Positions 47,740 through 57,524 are shown, counted from the first letter of the stretch. The stretch: DNA of 64,000 nt from an uncultured Clostridia bacterium (GCA_946406145.1 CAMJJL010000002.1:22078-86077); one strand, 5' to 3'. Program-made: numbers and translations. Notes: generated by a model from the sequence alone, not told the origin.

Positions 47740-48729
47740 TCACGTTATTAAAGGAAGAATGTTTTTCTCAATAAAATCAACGCGGTCAAAAATACGAGGT
47801 TTGAAGGTTCCCGTTACGCCGATGGAAATATTCTGCTCGATGTTGACATATATTACATTTCCTCCGTCACCGATCGCAGCGACGATTTGTTTGTTCTTAT
47901 TCGGTCTGTACCACAGATATCCGTAGTACATATTTCCGAAACGTTCTCCGAGCGCAATACGCGGCGCAGTCATTTCTTCAATCCAAGTTGTTGAAATAAT
48001 CCGTTTGTTATCATATTCACCACCGTTCAAAATCAGTACGCCTATCTTCGCCATATCCTCAGCGGAAAGGCACAAGCCCCAGCCTGCGGTTACGGTATCC
48101 TTTGGATCGGAGTACCATTCGTTTTTCTTCGGTGCTTTGTTCATCAGGAAATCAAACTGATCCTCTTTATCGCTTGCGCCGTGAATCGTGTGCGCGGGAA
48201 TACCGAGCGGAGCAAATAGATATTGGTTCGCAAAGTCGATACATTTCATTCCCGAAGCGTTTTGAATCACGCCCGATAGGATTTGTATACCGAGCGTAGC
48301 GTATTTGAACTCACCCGTGATTCCGTTTCTGCCGCCGAGCAGATCAAGCGCGGCTTTTGTCCAGTCCTCTGAGGTACAAACCTTTGTCCAAGGCTCACTG
48401 CGGTATTTATACGGTGCAGTCATGGTGAGCAAATGTCGGAGCGTGACCTTGTAAATCGTTTTCTCTCCCCGTTTGACAGTGTAATCAGGAAAGAAATCTA
48501 TCACCTTTTGATCGACACTTTTGATATACCCTTTGTCAATTGCAATACCGATCAGTAAAGCCATTACGCTTTTTGTGACGGACATCACATTCACCGCGTC
48601 GGTCGTTTCATATTCGTGCCGGCAGTCGCTAAACACGGGAACGCCATTCTTTATGGCATAAATCTGACAGATGTTGCTTTCATTCTCTGTGCTGTCGGCA
48701 ATCATTTGATGTAATTCTGATTTTGTCAT
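47740..48729 (-). CDS. Serine hydrolase of the beta-lactamase/transpeptidase fold
   Basis: 329-aa ORF with the S-x-x-K motif SVTKS near the N-terminus. Confidence 0.75.
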   Translation of the reverse strand: MTKSELHQMIADSTENESNICQIYAIKNGVPVFSDCRHEYETTDAVNVMSVTKSVMALLIGIAIDKGYIKSVDQKVIDFFPDYTVKRGEKTIYKVTLRHLLTMTAPYKYRSEPWTKVCTSEDWTKAALDLLGGRNGITGEFKYATLGIQILSGVIQNASGMKCIDFANQYLFAPLGIPAHTIHGASDKEDQFDFLMNKAPKKNEWYSDPKDTVTAGWGLCLSAEDMAKIGVLILNGGEYDNKRIISTTWIEEMTAPRIALGERFGNMYYGYLWYRPNKNKQIVAAIGDGGNVIYVNIEQNISIGVTGTFKPRIFDRVDFIEKNILPLIT

Positions 48730-48736
48730 TTCAATA

Positions 48737-49330
48737 TCACCTTTGTATCCACTTATCCAAAAACTTCATTTGCTCCTGTGTGTGGAACCAATGCTCGCCG
48801 TTCTCCATGACGGTCAGACTTGCGTGATGTTTTTCGGCAAATGATTGGATTGTTTCATACGAGGTCAGCTTGTCACGACTGCCGTAGAGAACCGCGGTTG
48901 GGCATTCCCATCGTATCGGATGATCCCCGACATAGCAGAGATAGTCCCATGACAAGTTCTCACCGAAGTCAGTGTAAATCACACCTTGCTGTTTCAAATC
49001 TTCCTCAGTGACATTCGCCCAAGTCATCATATCGGTGATCAGCCGCTCCATATCGACGATCGGCGAGATGAAGTACGCCTTTTCGATCATAGAATCAATA
49101 TCTGCGCTCATGCTGAAAAACGCGCCGATACTGTTTGCTATCAGGATAATGTGATCATATTCTGCTTTCAGGCTTTCGACCGCGTGATGTATTTCTCTGC
49201 CTGTTTCCCACGGAGTGAAGGTCTTGTAGTCCAAGCCAATCACATCATAGTCGGTAAAAAGCGGCTTATAATGCTCGCATTCCGCTGCGCTGCCGCCTTT
49301 TCCGTGGATATAAATAACAGCGTTTTTCAT
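48737..49330 (-). CDS. Alpha/beta hydrolase
   Basis: 197-aa ORF with a YIHGKGG N-terminus and the nucleophile elbow ANSIGA. Confidence 0.7.
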   Translation of the reverse strand: MKNAVIYIHGKGGSAAECEHYKPLFTDYDVIGLDYKTFTPWETGREIHHAVESLKAEYDHIILIANSIGAFFSMSADIDSMIEKAYFISPIVDMERLITDMMTWANVTEEDLKQQGVIYTDFGENLSWDYLCYVGDHPIRWECPTAVLYGSRDKLTSYETIQSFAEKHHASLTVMENGEHWFHTQEQMKFLDKWIQR

Positions 49331-49336
49331 GACCTT

Positions 49337-50935
49337 TTATAACCTCGAAAACGCCTTGGCACCTTTGGTGTTAAGCCAATGGTACAACAGCGCAGACGCG
49401 ACTGTATATATGACTGTCCAAACGATCAGATAAGGGGTAAGACCGATTAGCTGTCCGATCAAAAAATACGGTACGGCAAATAATGCGACAAAGCCCCAGC
49501 CGCCGAATAGAGCGATCGTGACAGCGCCGCTCTGCTTAAGCGGTATGATCTCGGTCGTCCATTCCATGATCGGATGCCTAATACCGATGAAGCTCCCGAA
49601 CAGTGCCGAGAACACTGTAAAAACAAGCGGCAGCAGGCAAAGCAGTAGTTTTTCGGCAACCGTCGCCTGCCATACGATCTCTGCACACACGACCGCAAAC
49701 AGAATCGGGATCGCGGTCAGTATCACCTGCATAGCGGTTTTTGCCTTCAAAACGGTTTGGGGTTCGATGGGCAGCGACTGCGGAATCCATACGCTTTTTC
49801 CCTCGAGCGATACCGATGGCGCCGCCATATCGTTCATGGTGGATAGCAGCATCAATACAGCGCAAAGAAGCAGAGCGGCAAAATCAGCTCTGCCGCCGAA
49901 AGCGGTACCGACTGCCGTCATGATATCCGTGCCTTTTATCAGCAGGAAGATACCGAGGACAGGCAGAAGCAGAATTCCTAATCCGTTGTTAAGCATGTAG
50001 TTTGGGCTAGAGGTAAATCGCGCGAATTCCTTTGTCAGCAGCGCGCCGAACGCCGATTTTGCTTTAACCTTTTTCTCGCGGTACTGCGTTTTACCGACAC
50101 TCGCCGTTGACGTAGCAATCTTGACAAAACCGCGTGACAGAACAAACAGCGTCAGCGCGAGCAAGATAGCGGTTGCGACAGTGAAGATCGCCGTTGCCAA
50201 AGGGTCGCCCTCACCGATCCTGCCGAACAGGTACAGCCCGTAGGCAGAATCTTTGATGTTTGCGCCGTAGACCGCGGCGTTAGCGACAAGCTCCCTGATC
50301 CACACCTGCGCCTTGAAGTAGACGAAGTAGTAGCCGCCGATGCAACCAAGCGCAATCAGAACAACGATGAAGCTCTTGTTTTTCAGCTTCAGACTGATCT
50401 TTGCCACGACCCATCCGAGCAGACAGGAGAGGATCAGCACGATTACCGTCACGATCAGGAACAGTATGATATCGCAGATTATATTCGCGACGGTCGCTCC
50501 GGCGATGATCCAATATACGATCAGCGTTGGTAGCATCACGACCCCGGAGTACATCGTACCCAGCAGATAGACGTTCAGCAGTCGGGATATGATGATTGTC
50601 CTGACGGATATCGGCATCGACAACAGCAGGTCGTTGTCCTTCGGCAGATACAGTCCCGAGTAGGTGTTGAACACACTGCCGAACGCGCCGAGGACGATTG
50701 CCATACCGCTCATCAGCACGAAATACAGCCATCCCATTGAGGCAGCTGTCAGTCCGAAGCAAACGCCCAGCGCAATAGCCGTGAATGTGCCGCCGAGGAC
50801 GACAATCATCAGAAAGGCAAACAGGATAAACAGAACGATGCTGTTTGCTTTAGACCGTGCCTTGTTCGTTTTGCGGTTATAGAAATAGCTTCGGAACACC
50901 TCAGCCATCTGCTTTTTCAGCAAGACCTTCAGCAT
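49337..50935 (-). CDS. Putative ABC exporter permease
   Basis: 532-aa multi-pass membrane ORF whose start abuts the ATPase gene stop. Confidence 0.75.
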   Translation of the reverse strand: MLKVLLKKQMAEVFRSYFYNRKTNKARSKANSIVLFILFAFLMIVVLGGTFTAIALGVCFGLTAASMGWLYFVLMSGMAIVLGAFGSVFNTYSGLYLPKDNDLLLSMPISVRTIIISRLLNVYLLGTMYSGVVMLPTLIVYWIIAGATVANIICDIILFLIVTVIVLILSCLLGWVVAKISLKLKNKSFIVVLIALGCIGGYYFVYFKAQVWIRELVANAAVYGANIKDSAYGLYLFGRIGEGDPLATAIFTVATAILLALTLFVLSRGFVKIATSTASVGKTQYREKKVKAKSAFGALLTKEFARFTSSPNYMLNNGLGILLLPVLGIFLLIKGTDIMTAVGTAFGGRADFAALLLCAVLMLLSTMNDMAAPSVSLEGKSVWIPQSLPIEPQTVLKAKTAMQVILTAIPILFAVVCAEIVWQATVAEKLLLCLLPLVFTVFSALFGSFIGIRHPIMEWTTEIIPLKQSGAVTIALFGGWGFVALFAVPYFLIGQLIGLTPYLIVWTVIYTVASALLYHWLNTKGAKAFSRL

Positions 50936-51643
50936 TTACTCCGTCTCCAGTTCCAAAAAGACTTCCTCAAGGCTTTCGTCGCCCCTGACCTCTTCCATCG
51001 TGCCGGATTTGATGAGTTTACCCTGCTTGATGATCGCGACCTTGTCGCACAGCTTTTCGGCTACCTCCAGCACATGGGTGGAGAAGAAGATCGCGCCGCC
51101 CTTGTCGCAGTGCTCGCGCATCATTTCTTTGAGGTTAAAAGCGGCTTTGGGGTCCAACCCGACAAACGGCTCATCCATGACGATCAGCTTCGGCGAATGG
51201 AGCCAAGCTGAGATCACAGCCAGCTTCTGCTTCATACCGTGAGAATAGGATGAAACCGGCTGTGCCAGATCCTTTGTCAACTCAAAGGCGTCCGCATATT
51301 TGCGAATCTTTTCCTGTCGTTCATCAGACGCAACACCGAAGATATCCGAGACAAAGTTCAGATATTTGATCCCACTCATAAAATCGTACAGATCGGGATT
51401 ATCGGGGATATAGGCGATCAGGCGCTTACACTCCAAAGGGCTTTTCCTTATAGATTTACTGTCAATCAAAATCTCACCCTCATCAAAATCGAGGATCCCG
51501 ACGACGCTTTTTAGTGTGGTGGTCTTGCCCGCACCGTTGTGTCCGATAAAGCCATAGATCTCGCCTCGCTGAATGTGCAGCGACAGATCATCCACCGCTT
51601 TTTTATTTCCATATGTTTTTGTCAGGTTTTTAATTCTCAACAT
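50936..51643 (-). CDS. ABC transporter ATP-binding protein
   Basis: Has Walker A GHNGAGKTT, a signature-like YSHGMKQKL and Walker B IVMDEPFVGLD. Confidence 0.9.
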   Translation of the reverse strand: MLRIKNLTKTYGNKKAVDDLSLHIQRGEIYGFIGHNGAGKTTTLKSVVGILDFDEGEILIDSKSIRKSPLECKRLIAYIPDNPDLYDFMSGIKYLNFVSDIFGVASDERQEKIRKYADAFELTKDLAQPVSSYSHGMKQKLAVISAWLHSPKLIVMDEPFVGLDPKAAFNLKEMMREHCDKGGAIFFSTHVLEVAEKLCDKVAIIKQGKLIKSGTMEEVRGDESLEEVFLELETE

Positions 51644-51666
51644 TTTCTCTTTTTTAACTCCTTACC

Positions 51667-52158
51667 TTATCCAATGAATTCTGCAAGTGTTTTTACTTCA
51701 CAGCCCTTCTTTTGATAATAATCGAGCATATTGTTCATCTTTTTCAAATCGTAGCTTGTCACGCAGTCGGAAATAACGTGTACAGTGTAGCCCGCCTTCG
51801 TCATATTATAGCAAGTCGATTTTACACAAGCTGTCGCGTCCGCTCCGACAACATAAAACTCGCTGATATTATTTGCTTTGATAAATTCATAGAAAGCCTC
51901 GCTTGTCAAGGCGTTGCTTTTTGTCTTGACAAATATATTCTCCGACACGATCTTCGGCTCCGGTACAAGCTCAGCGCCCTTTGTATTGGGCTTGAAGGTA
52001 CGCGTACCTGCGGTCATGTTGTGATGCTGAATATATACGACCTGCATTCTATTTGACATCGCCCACTCAACGGCGGCATTGATATTATCAATAATATCTT
52101 TATAGTGTTTCGTGATATCATTCTGAATATCAATCACTACAAGTGCTTTTGTCTGCAT
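51667..52158 (-). CDS. Isochorismatase-family cysteine hydrolase
   Basis: Has VVIDIQND and GADATACV (catalytic Cys region). Confidence 0.8.
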   Translation of the reverse strand: MQTKALVVIDIQNDITKHYKDIIDNINAAVEWAMSNRMQVVYIQHHNMTAGTRTFKPNTKGAELVPEPKIVSENIFVKTKSNALTSEAFYEFIKANNISEFYVVGADATACVKSTCYNMTKAGYTVHVISDCVTSYDLKKMNNMLDYYQKKGCEVKTLAEFIG

Positions 52159-52197
52159 TGTCAGTTCCTCCTTTATCGCATTTTAATTGATTCTGTG

Positions 52198-52965
52198 TCA
52201 GTTGCCATAAAAGTAAAGGTACGTTTTTAGATTAGTGAGGACATATTCTCCGTTATGGCTGCCGGTAAAAAGATGGTTCTGCACTTCTGTGCCCTTAGAT
52301 TTCAGTACGGAATACAATCTCTCACAGGCGCGGTAGAATTGTCCCTCATCATCTTTTCCATCATCAAGAAATACTTTCGTATCCTCGAAAACACCGTTTT
52401 GGGCGATCGTAACAGGGTCGTATTTCAACCACATCGCTTCATCCGCAAAGTACGGCTCATCTTCATCCGCATAGAATAGATCGATCGCGGGCATATGTCC
52501 TCCGACTTTTGAGAACAGCTCCTGATAACGCAGACCGATGTGAAGCGCAGCATACCCTCCGGACGAAATTCCTCCGATATACCGTCCTTCCCGATTTTTG
52601 ACGGTATGAAAGGTGTTGTCGATATACGGGATAACTTCCCGGATCAGATAATCCTCGTACCGTCCTTGATGAACCGTACCATGCCTGCCGTGTATTTCTC
52701 TGTAAGTATCCGAGGAATTGATGCCTCTGCTGTTGTCCAGATTGGGACATACGATGATGAACGGATCGATTTGTCCCGCAGCTCGCAATTCATCCGCAAC
52801 TTTGTCTATTTCCAACCACTGCAGCAATGTTTCGTTTCCGCTTCTGCCGTGAAGATAATATAAAACGGTCAGATCGGTGTTTTCGTAACCATCCGGACAG
52901 TAAACAGCGAGATTCATAGTCTTCCCGAGAATCCTGCTGTTGATCGTTCTTACTGTTAAACTCAT
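52198..52965 (-). CDS. Esterase-family alpha/beta hydrolase
   Basis: 255-aa ORF with YYLHGRSGN and the nucleophile region GGISSGG. Confidence 0.75.
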   Translation of the reverse strand: MSLTVRTINSRILGKTMNLAVYCPDGYENTDLTVLYYLHGRSGNETLLQWLEIDKVADELRAAGQIDPFIIVCPNLDNSRGINSSDTYREIHGRHGTVHQGRYEDYLIREVIPYIDNTFHTVKNREGRYIGGISSGGYAALHIGLRYQELFSKVGGHMPAIDLFYADEDEPYFADEAMWLKYDPVTIAQNGVFEDTKVFLDDGKDDEGQFYRACERLYSVLKSKGTEVQNHLFTGSHNGEYVLTNLKTYLYFYGN

Positions 52966-52991
52966 TTTAACCTCATGAAATTTTTATGGAA

Positions 52992-53579
52992 TCATTCCTT
53001 CATATACACATCGCAGAAATGCCGGATATGCTTTTCGATGCATTCCATGATCTCTTTCTCATACTGCGGTTGTCTGTCTGCTTTGGATACCCAAAGGACA
53101 ACAGGCGATACCAACTCTATCGAGAGAAGTGCGGGGTCGTCATGAATAAACAGACCGTTTTTCATCATCTCTTCGATAATTTTCTCATACATCTTCTGTA
53201 TGCCGACAAGCTGATGGCGGGTCGTGATCTCGGCAAGTCTTTCATTTCGAAATTGCTCCTGTACAAGGAACTTGCGTATTTTCCCGATCATCGGGTCGTG
53301 CATGGTAAACGCGATCCTGCCCATTGTCGCGCGGACGAAATCTTCCCTGCTTTCGGGGATCTCTCCGATGTGCTGCTCCGATCCGAAGGATTCCTCGTAA
53401 TGCTCTTCCGCCGAATCGATCAGCGCGTTCATGATATCCTCTTTTCCCTTGAAATGTTTGTAAAGAGACGGAGCTTTGATCCCGACCTTTTCTGCGATCT
53501 GTTCCACTCCCGTTCCGTCGTATCCGTTCTCGGCAAACAGCGTCAGCGCTTCTTCCAGTATTCTATCTTTTGTAGACAT
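52992..53579 (-). CDS. TetR/AcrR-family regulator
   Basis: Has the HTH GYDGTGVEQIAEKVGIKAPSLYKHFKGKEDI. ATG 53579 follows GGAGGGGA; the track start 53591 is a TTG inside the RBS. Confidence 0.9.
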   Translation of the reverse strand: MSTKDRILEEALTLFAENGYDGTGVEQIAEKVGIKAPSLYKHFKGKEDIMNALIDSAEEHYEESFGSEQHIGEIPESREDFVRATMGRIAFTMHDPMIGKIRKFLVQEQFRNERLAEITTRHQLVGIQKMYEKIIEEMMKNGLFIHDDPALLSIELVSPVVLWVSKADRQPQYEKEIMECIEKHIRHFCDVYMKE

Positions 53580-53598
53580 AATCCCCTCCAAAAAGAAA

Positions 53599-53641
53599 AG
53601 CTAATAATCATTAGCTTTATTATAGCTAATAACTTTTAGCT
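53599..53641. promoter_or_regulatory. Two TetR-operator-like palindromes
   Basis: AGCTAATAATCATTAGCT at 53599-53616 and AGCTAATAACTTTTAGCT at 53624-53641, immediately upstream of the TetR gene. Confidence 0.5.
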
Positions 53642-53673
53642 TGTCAAGAGTTGTAAAAGAAAAGGATACTTTA

Positions 53674-54531
53674 TTAAGATAGTCTATATCCCTTAATCAG
53701 TTTGTATCGGCAAATTCCATGTTTGTTTTCTCTACATATTATCGACTTGGGTATTTTTGCCAGCCATTTTTTGCTGAGATTATAGTTACCAAAATAAGCG
53801 TCGAAGTTTGCCACGGGAAGCACGACCCAATCGGAATCATCTTGTTTATTTGCAAAGTAGAAGCGAATCAGTTCGGCGACAACGTCTTTGGGAACGCCGT
53901 TGGTGTCTATCGTTTCAAAATACTCTTTTACTTTTTCGGGGAGTAAATAATCCTCCGTGCGCAAACGGCCTGCTTCTAAAGCGTCGACGATGATGTCGTC
54001 AAAGCGGAGAGTCCATGCGCCTTTCGTATTCAGCGCAAAGATCGGCACTTGCAGCTGACGCACTCTCTTTTTCCACTGTGACGTAAAGCCTGCAGAGAGA
54101 TTATCGCACTTTTTATACGCAGATTTGCTTACCTTATTGGGATTCTCTTTTACAAACTTTATGACATTCTTTATATGGCGGTAAAACCATCCTTTACCGT
54201 TTTTATCTACCAGCTCCGGGAAGTCGGCGAACAACTCACGAAAGTCCACCGGCGGCTCGGAGCTTTTCTTTTTGTCCGGAACACTGCACCATGCACATAG
54301 CGCGTTACGAGCAACGTTAATTCTGTCATACGGATTTCCGTCAAGGACAGCACCGTCTTTGTCGTGAAACAGATATCCGCGCGCTATGATTGTCAGTATA
54401 CGACCGAAGCCGGAGAATTCGGTAATCATGTCGAAGGTAAAGCGACTGAGATAGGTTGTGTCGGTTTTGCGGACAGCGGTATATGTCGGTTGTTCAGTAT
54501 ATGCTTTGAATTCTGTCCATTCATTCGTCAT
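53674..54531 (-). CDS. Hypothetical protein, translationally coupled partner of the RdRP-like gene
   Basis: 285 aa from ATG 54531, after GGAGGG; the track TTG is at 54549. The ATG overlaps the upstream TGA as ATGA. I recognise no domain. Confidence 0.6.
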   Translation of the reverse strand: MTNEWTEFKAYTEQPTYTAVRKTDTTYLSRFTFDMITEFSGFGRILTIIARGYLFHDKDGAVLDGNPYDRINVARNALCAWCSVPDKKKSSEPPVDFRELFADFPELVDKNGKGWFYRHIKNVIKFVKENPNKVSKSAYKKCDNLSAGFTSQWKKRVRQLQVPIFALNTKGAWTLRFDDIIVDALEAGRLRTEDYLLPEKVKEYFETIDTNGVPKDVVAELIRFYFANKQDDSDWVVLPVANFDAYFGNYNLSKKWLAKIPKSIICRENKHGICRYKLIKGYRLS

Positions 54532-57524
54532 CGCTTTACCCTCCTGCAATTCTCCAACACTGTCATCGGAATGACTTCCAGCGCGAATTGCCGCTCACCA
54601 AGAGCGACCGCGCATTTCAGTACTTCGTTTAGATCTAAATTATCTGCTCCTTTAATATGAGAGGTCATCAAAATAATACAGTTGCTGACAACCGTTTTAC
54701 GATAATCTCCCGTTTGATTTATATTACTAAGCAGGGCGTTCAAATCTTTGCCGTCGTCCTGATGCTTGATATGATCGGCTATTTCCTTTGCACGATACAT
54801 ATCGTCAAGGTCACAGATAATGTCGCCGAGAATCCTGTATCCTCCGTGACGAAAGTCGCAGAATAATTCACGATAACTTGCGTCAAATACGCCGTTGATG
54901 ATCTCGTAGGTAGCAACAAGCCTGTCGGACGGCGGCGTGAGATGCCAGTTTGTTTCGGATAGTTTCAATCTCGCCTGTCGGATTCCGTAAGGTGAAATAT
55001 TATCGAACGAGCTATACAACTCGTCGACGGAGTAAAGGTTTTCCTGTCCGCGTGCAAAAAGGATCCTTTCTATATCTGTTTGTCGCTTTCTCTCTTTCGG
55101 AATGTGACGAATAAAGCGATTACGATTCATCGCTTCGTGATATGCCGCGATAATGGCTTTTGTCCGCTCAAGAACGTGTTGATCTAATGTATCCTGCCAG
55201 TTCGGCGATTGCGCAAAGTCAAATAGTTCTCTATCTGTGGCGGGATGCCCTTTGTGCTTTACAGTTTCCGTATCCAGCATATAGGCGTAATACGGCAGCT
55301 TTTCAAGATTGGAGCTGACAGAATCCCAATCCGTTTTGTCGATAAATTCCTTTACGCGTTTTGCGGTTGTCGGCTGATACCACTTTCTTTCGGAATTGTC
55401 ACCGACGATCGACTTGTATTGCAGGAACAGACTTTTCTTAGCCTTTCTCACTTCCAGATACTCTGACAGATCAGGCTTTATACCGCTCTTTGCGGAGTCG
55501 ATCTCTAAGCCGGTCAGGATCGCCAACACCTCGGTATCTTGACGACTTACCGTTCTTTCATCATTTTGGCTGTTCTCATCATAGGCAATAATGCCTCTCC
55601 TTAACGCGGCGTTGCTGATTTGACCGACACGCGATGAAAAGGTGCTTTTGATCGTTTCCATCCTCGCGTACCAATCATTAGCATCGGCAATGATCGAATC
55701 TACCGACGGTATTTTCAGCACAGGTAACGCCACTGTGTTATCATAGCCTTTACGGACGCAGTTGTTAACCAACGGATCAGCGATTGTTTTCACCATATCG
55801 CCGTCATAGTCGGCACCGCCGAGTCGATCAGGGATCAACGATCGGGAATCCACCATCACCACATAGCGAAGGTGAGAAAGATACTTCTTTCTAAGCCGTC
55901 CAACTTTGTTCAGCGGATGTACTAACGCTTCCTCGTTTCGTGCAATATGCGGACTTCTCAATAAGGTGTAGTGATCCTGTACCTCATAGGCAGGCTTCGG
56001 AGCATATATTGTATTTCCTGTCAGGCATTCTGATTCCAGTTTTCTATACGCTTTGCTTTCACCTTCAGCGCACTTTACGATATATGCCAGTAATCGCATC
56101 AAGTCGTCGGATAAATAACGGTTATCTCCTGCAACCAACAACTGTCCGGCAGCATACTTTTGTCTGACGTTCTCCGCTTTGTCAGAGAGCTCTTTGGCGT
56201 ATATCGCTTCTTCCATAAACAGCGGATTTTGTTCGATTATCTCCGCGCGCTGTTTACGCTTGTCTGTTATTCCGATATCTTCATCGTCAAGAATATCGGT
56301 AAAGTGTTTCTGCCTGTTGCCAAGCTCGCCGACATAATTATAATACGCTGCCTCAGTCGTTTTCGTCAGCCAATGGCGAGGATCGCTATTCGGGGATAGA
56401 TCCCATCCGAGCGGCAAATCCAAAGGTCTGAATTCTTCCTCCGTCAAGGCGAGCGTGTTCAGAAACTGATAATTCAGTTCTGTTGTTTCCTGCGGCTCTG
56501 TTTTATCCATACCTGAGATATACAAAGCATAGTTGTATTTTCGACACCGTTCCAAATACTCTGCCCATGTCAGCCCGTTTTCCGTCATCCAGCCGAAGCC
56601 CTTGAACATGCTTTTGGTAAGGATCATATCCACATCGGCAACGGCATGAGCATTACCCCAAATATCTATAATCTTTGTTACACGCAACTCCGAGAACAGC
56701 TTTTTGAAATTTACCTCGTGAACAACTCCCTTGATATACGGCAAACGGATTTGGAAAGAATGGTGATTCCCGGATTCGGTCAGCATATACGAAAGACCTT
56801 TTGAAATAATACCCTCACCGTCAAACTCCAACACCTCTACATCCGCTTTGGTTTTCACACGACTGTATTTTCGTACTGGGTTATCTGTCCCGTCATCTTC
56901 AACGGTAATAATATCCGTGTCTTTTACGATGCTTTTTGGATTGTCTATCACGACAATCCTTTTTTCGTTCAACAAGCCGTTGATCTCAACTCTTTTTCCG
57001 CCCGTGAACATCAAGCCGTTATAGGCATACAGCTTAGATAACTGACAATTCCTGATCTTCATACCGAGCATCATCCGCTCGCTAAGCGGATAATACACAT
57101 CCTCACGAACAAACGACAGTACATTATGGCGGCTCATGCTGGCTGAACGCTCAAAGGCGATATATCGATGCGCGGGATATCGTTCATCCAAAACGATTTC
57201 AATTCCCTCGGGACGGAATAGATATTCTGCTTTCTTTTGCAGCTCATCAACTCTGCCGACAGGTCGCCTGTCGAAGATTCCTGAGAAATCGACATAGACA
57301 AACACATCGGATAAGCGGTCACATGGCGATGATGTATCTTCCGAACCGTACAGAACCGTCATCGCCTGATAGAACATCATACAGTCGTCCTGTTCAGACA
57401 GTTCGACAAGGTACTCCTTTGACGGATCGGTTGCATCGAAATGAAACCTCCAACCATCGTTTTGCTTCACGGCAGAGGATAAAAGGCTCAAAGCCGAGAT
57501 TTGCGGAATCAAATACTTTTTCAT
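54528..57524 (-). CDS. Eukaryotic-type RdRP / YonO-like double-psi beta-barrel polymerase homologue
   Basis: 998 aa from ATG 57524, after GGAG. Its motifs are FQIRLPYIKGVV (nt 56727-56756 encode FQIRLPYIKG), ILTKSMFKG, LLRSPHIARNE and GGADYDGDMV (DYDGD encoded at nt 55797-55811). The order and spacing match cellular RdRPs. Confidence 0.7.
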   Translation of the reverse strand: MKKYLIPQISALSLLSSAVKQNDGWRFHFDATDPSKEYLVELSEQDDCMMFYQAMTVLYGSEDTSSPCDRLSDVFVYVDFSGIFDRRPVGRVDELQKKAEYLFRPEGIEIVLDERYPAHRYIAFERSASMSRHNVLSFVREDVYYPLSERMMLGMKIRNCQLSKLYAYNGLMFTGGKRVEINGLLNEKRIVVIDNPKSIVKDTDIITVEDDGTDNPVRKYSRVKTKADVEVLEFDGEGIISKGLSYMLTESGNHHSFQIRLPYIKGVVHEVNFKKLFSELRVTKIIDIWGNAHAVADVDMILTKSMFKGFGWMTENGLTWAEYLERCRKYNYALYISGMDKTEPQETTELNYQFLNTLALTEEEFRPLDLPLGWDLSPNSDPRHWLTKTTEAAYYNYVGELGNRQKHFTDILDDEDIGITDKRKQRAEIIEQNPLFMEEAIYAKELSDKAENVRQKYAAGQLLVAGDNRYLSDDLMRLLAYIVKCAEGESKAYRKLESECLTGNTIYAPKPAYEVQDHYTLLRSPHIARNEEALVHPLNKVGRLRKKYLSHLRYVVMVDSRSLIPDRLGGADYDGDMVKTIADPLVNNCVRKGYDNTVALPVLKIPSVDSIIADANDWYARMETIKSTFSSRVGQISNAALRRGIIAYDENSQNDERTVSRQDTEVLAILTGLEIDSAKSGIKPDLSEYLEVRKAKKSLFLQYKSIVGDNSERKWYQPTTAKRVKEFIDKTDWDSVSSNLEKLPYYAYMLDTETVKHKGHPATDRELFDFAQSPNWQDTLDQHVLERTKAIIAAYHEAMNRNRFIRHIPKERKRQTDIERILFARGQENLYSVDELYSSFDNISPYGIRQARLKLSETNWHLTPPSDRLVATYEIINGVFDASYRELFCDFRHGGYRILGDIICDLDDMYRAKEIADHIKHQDDGKDLNALLSNINQTGDYRKTVVSNCIILMTSHIKGADNLDLNEVLKCAVALGERQFALEVIPMTVLENCRRVKR

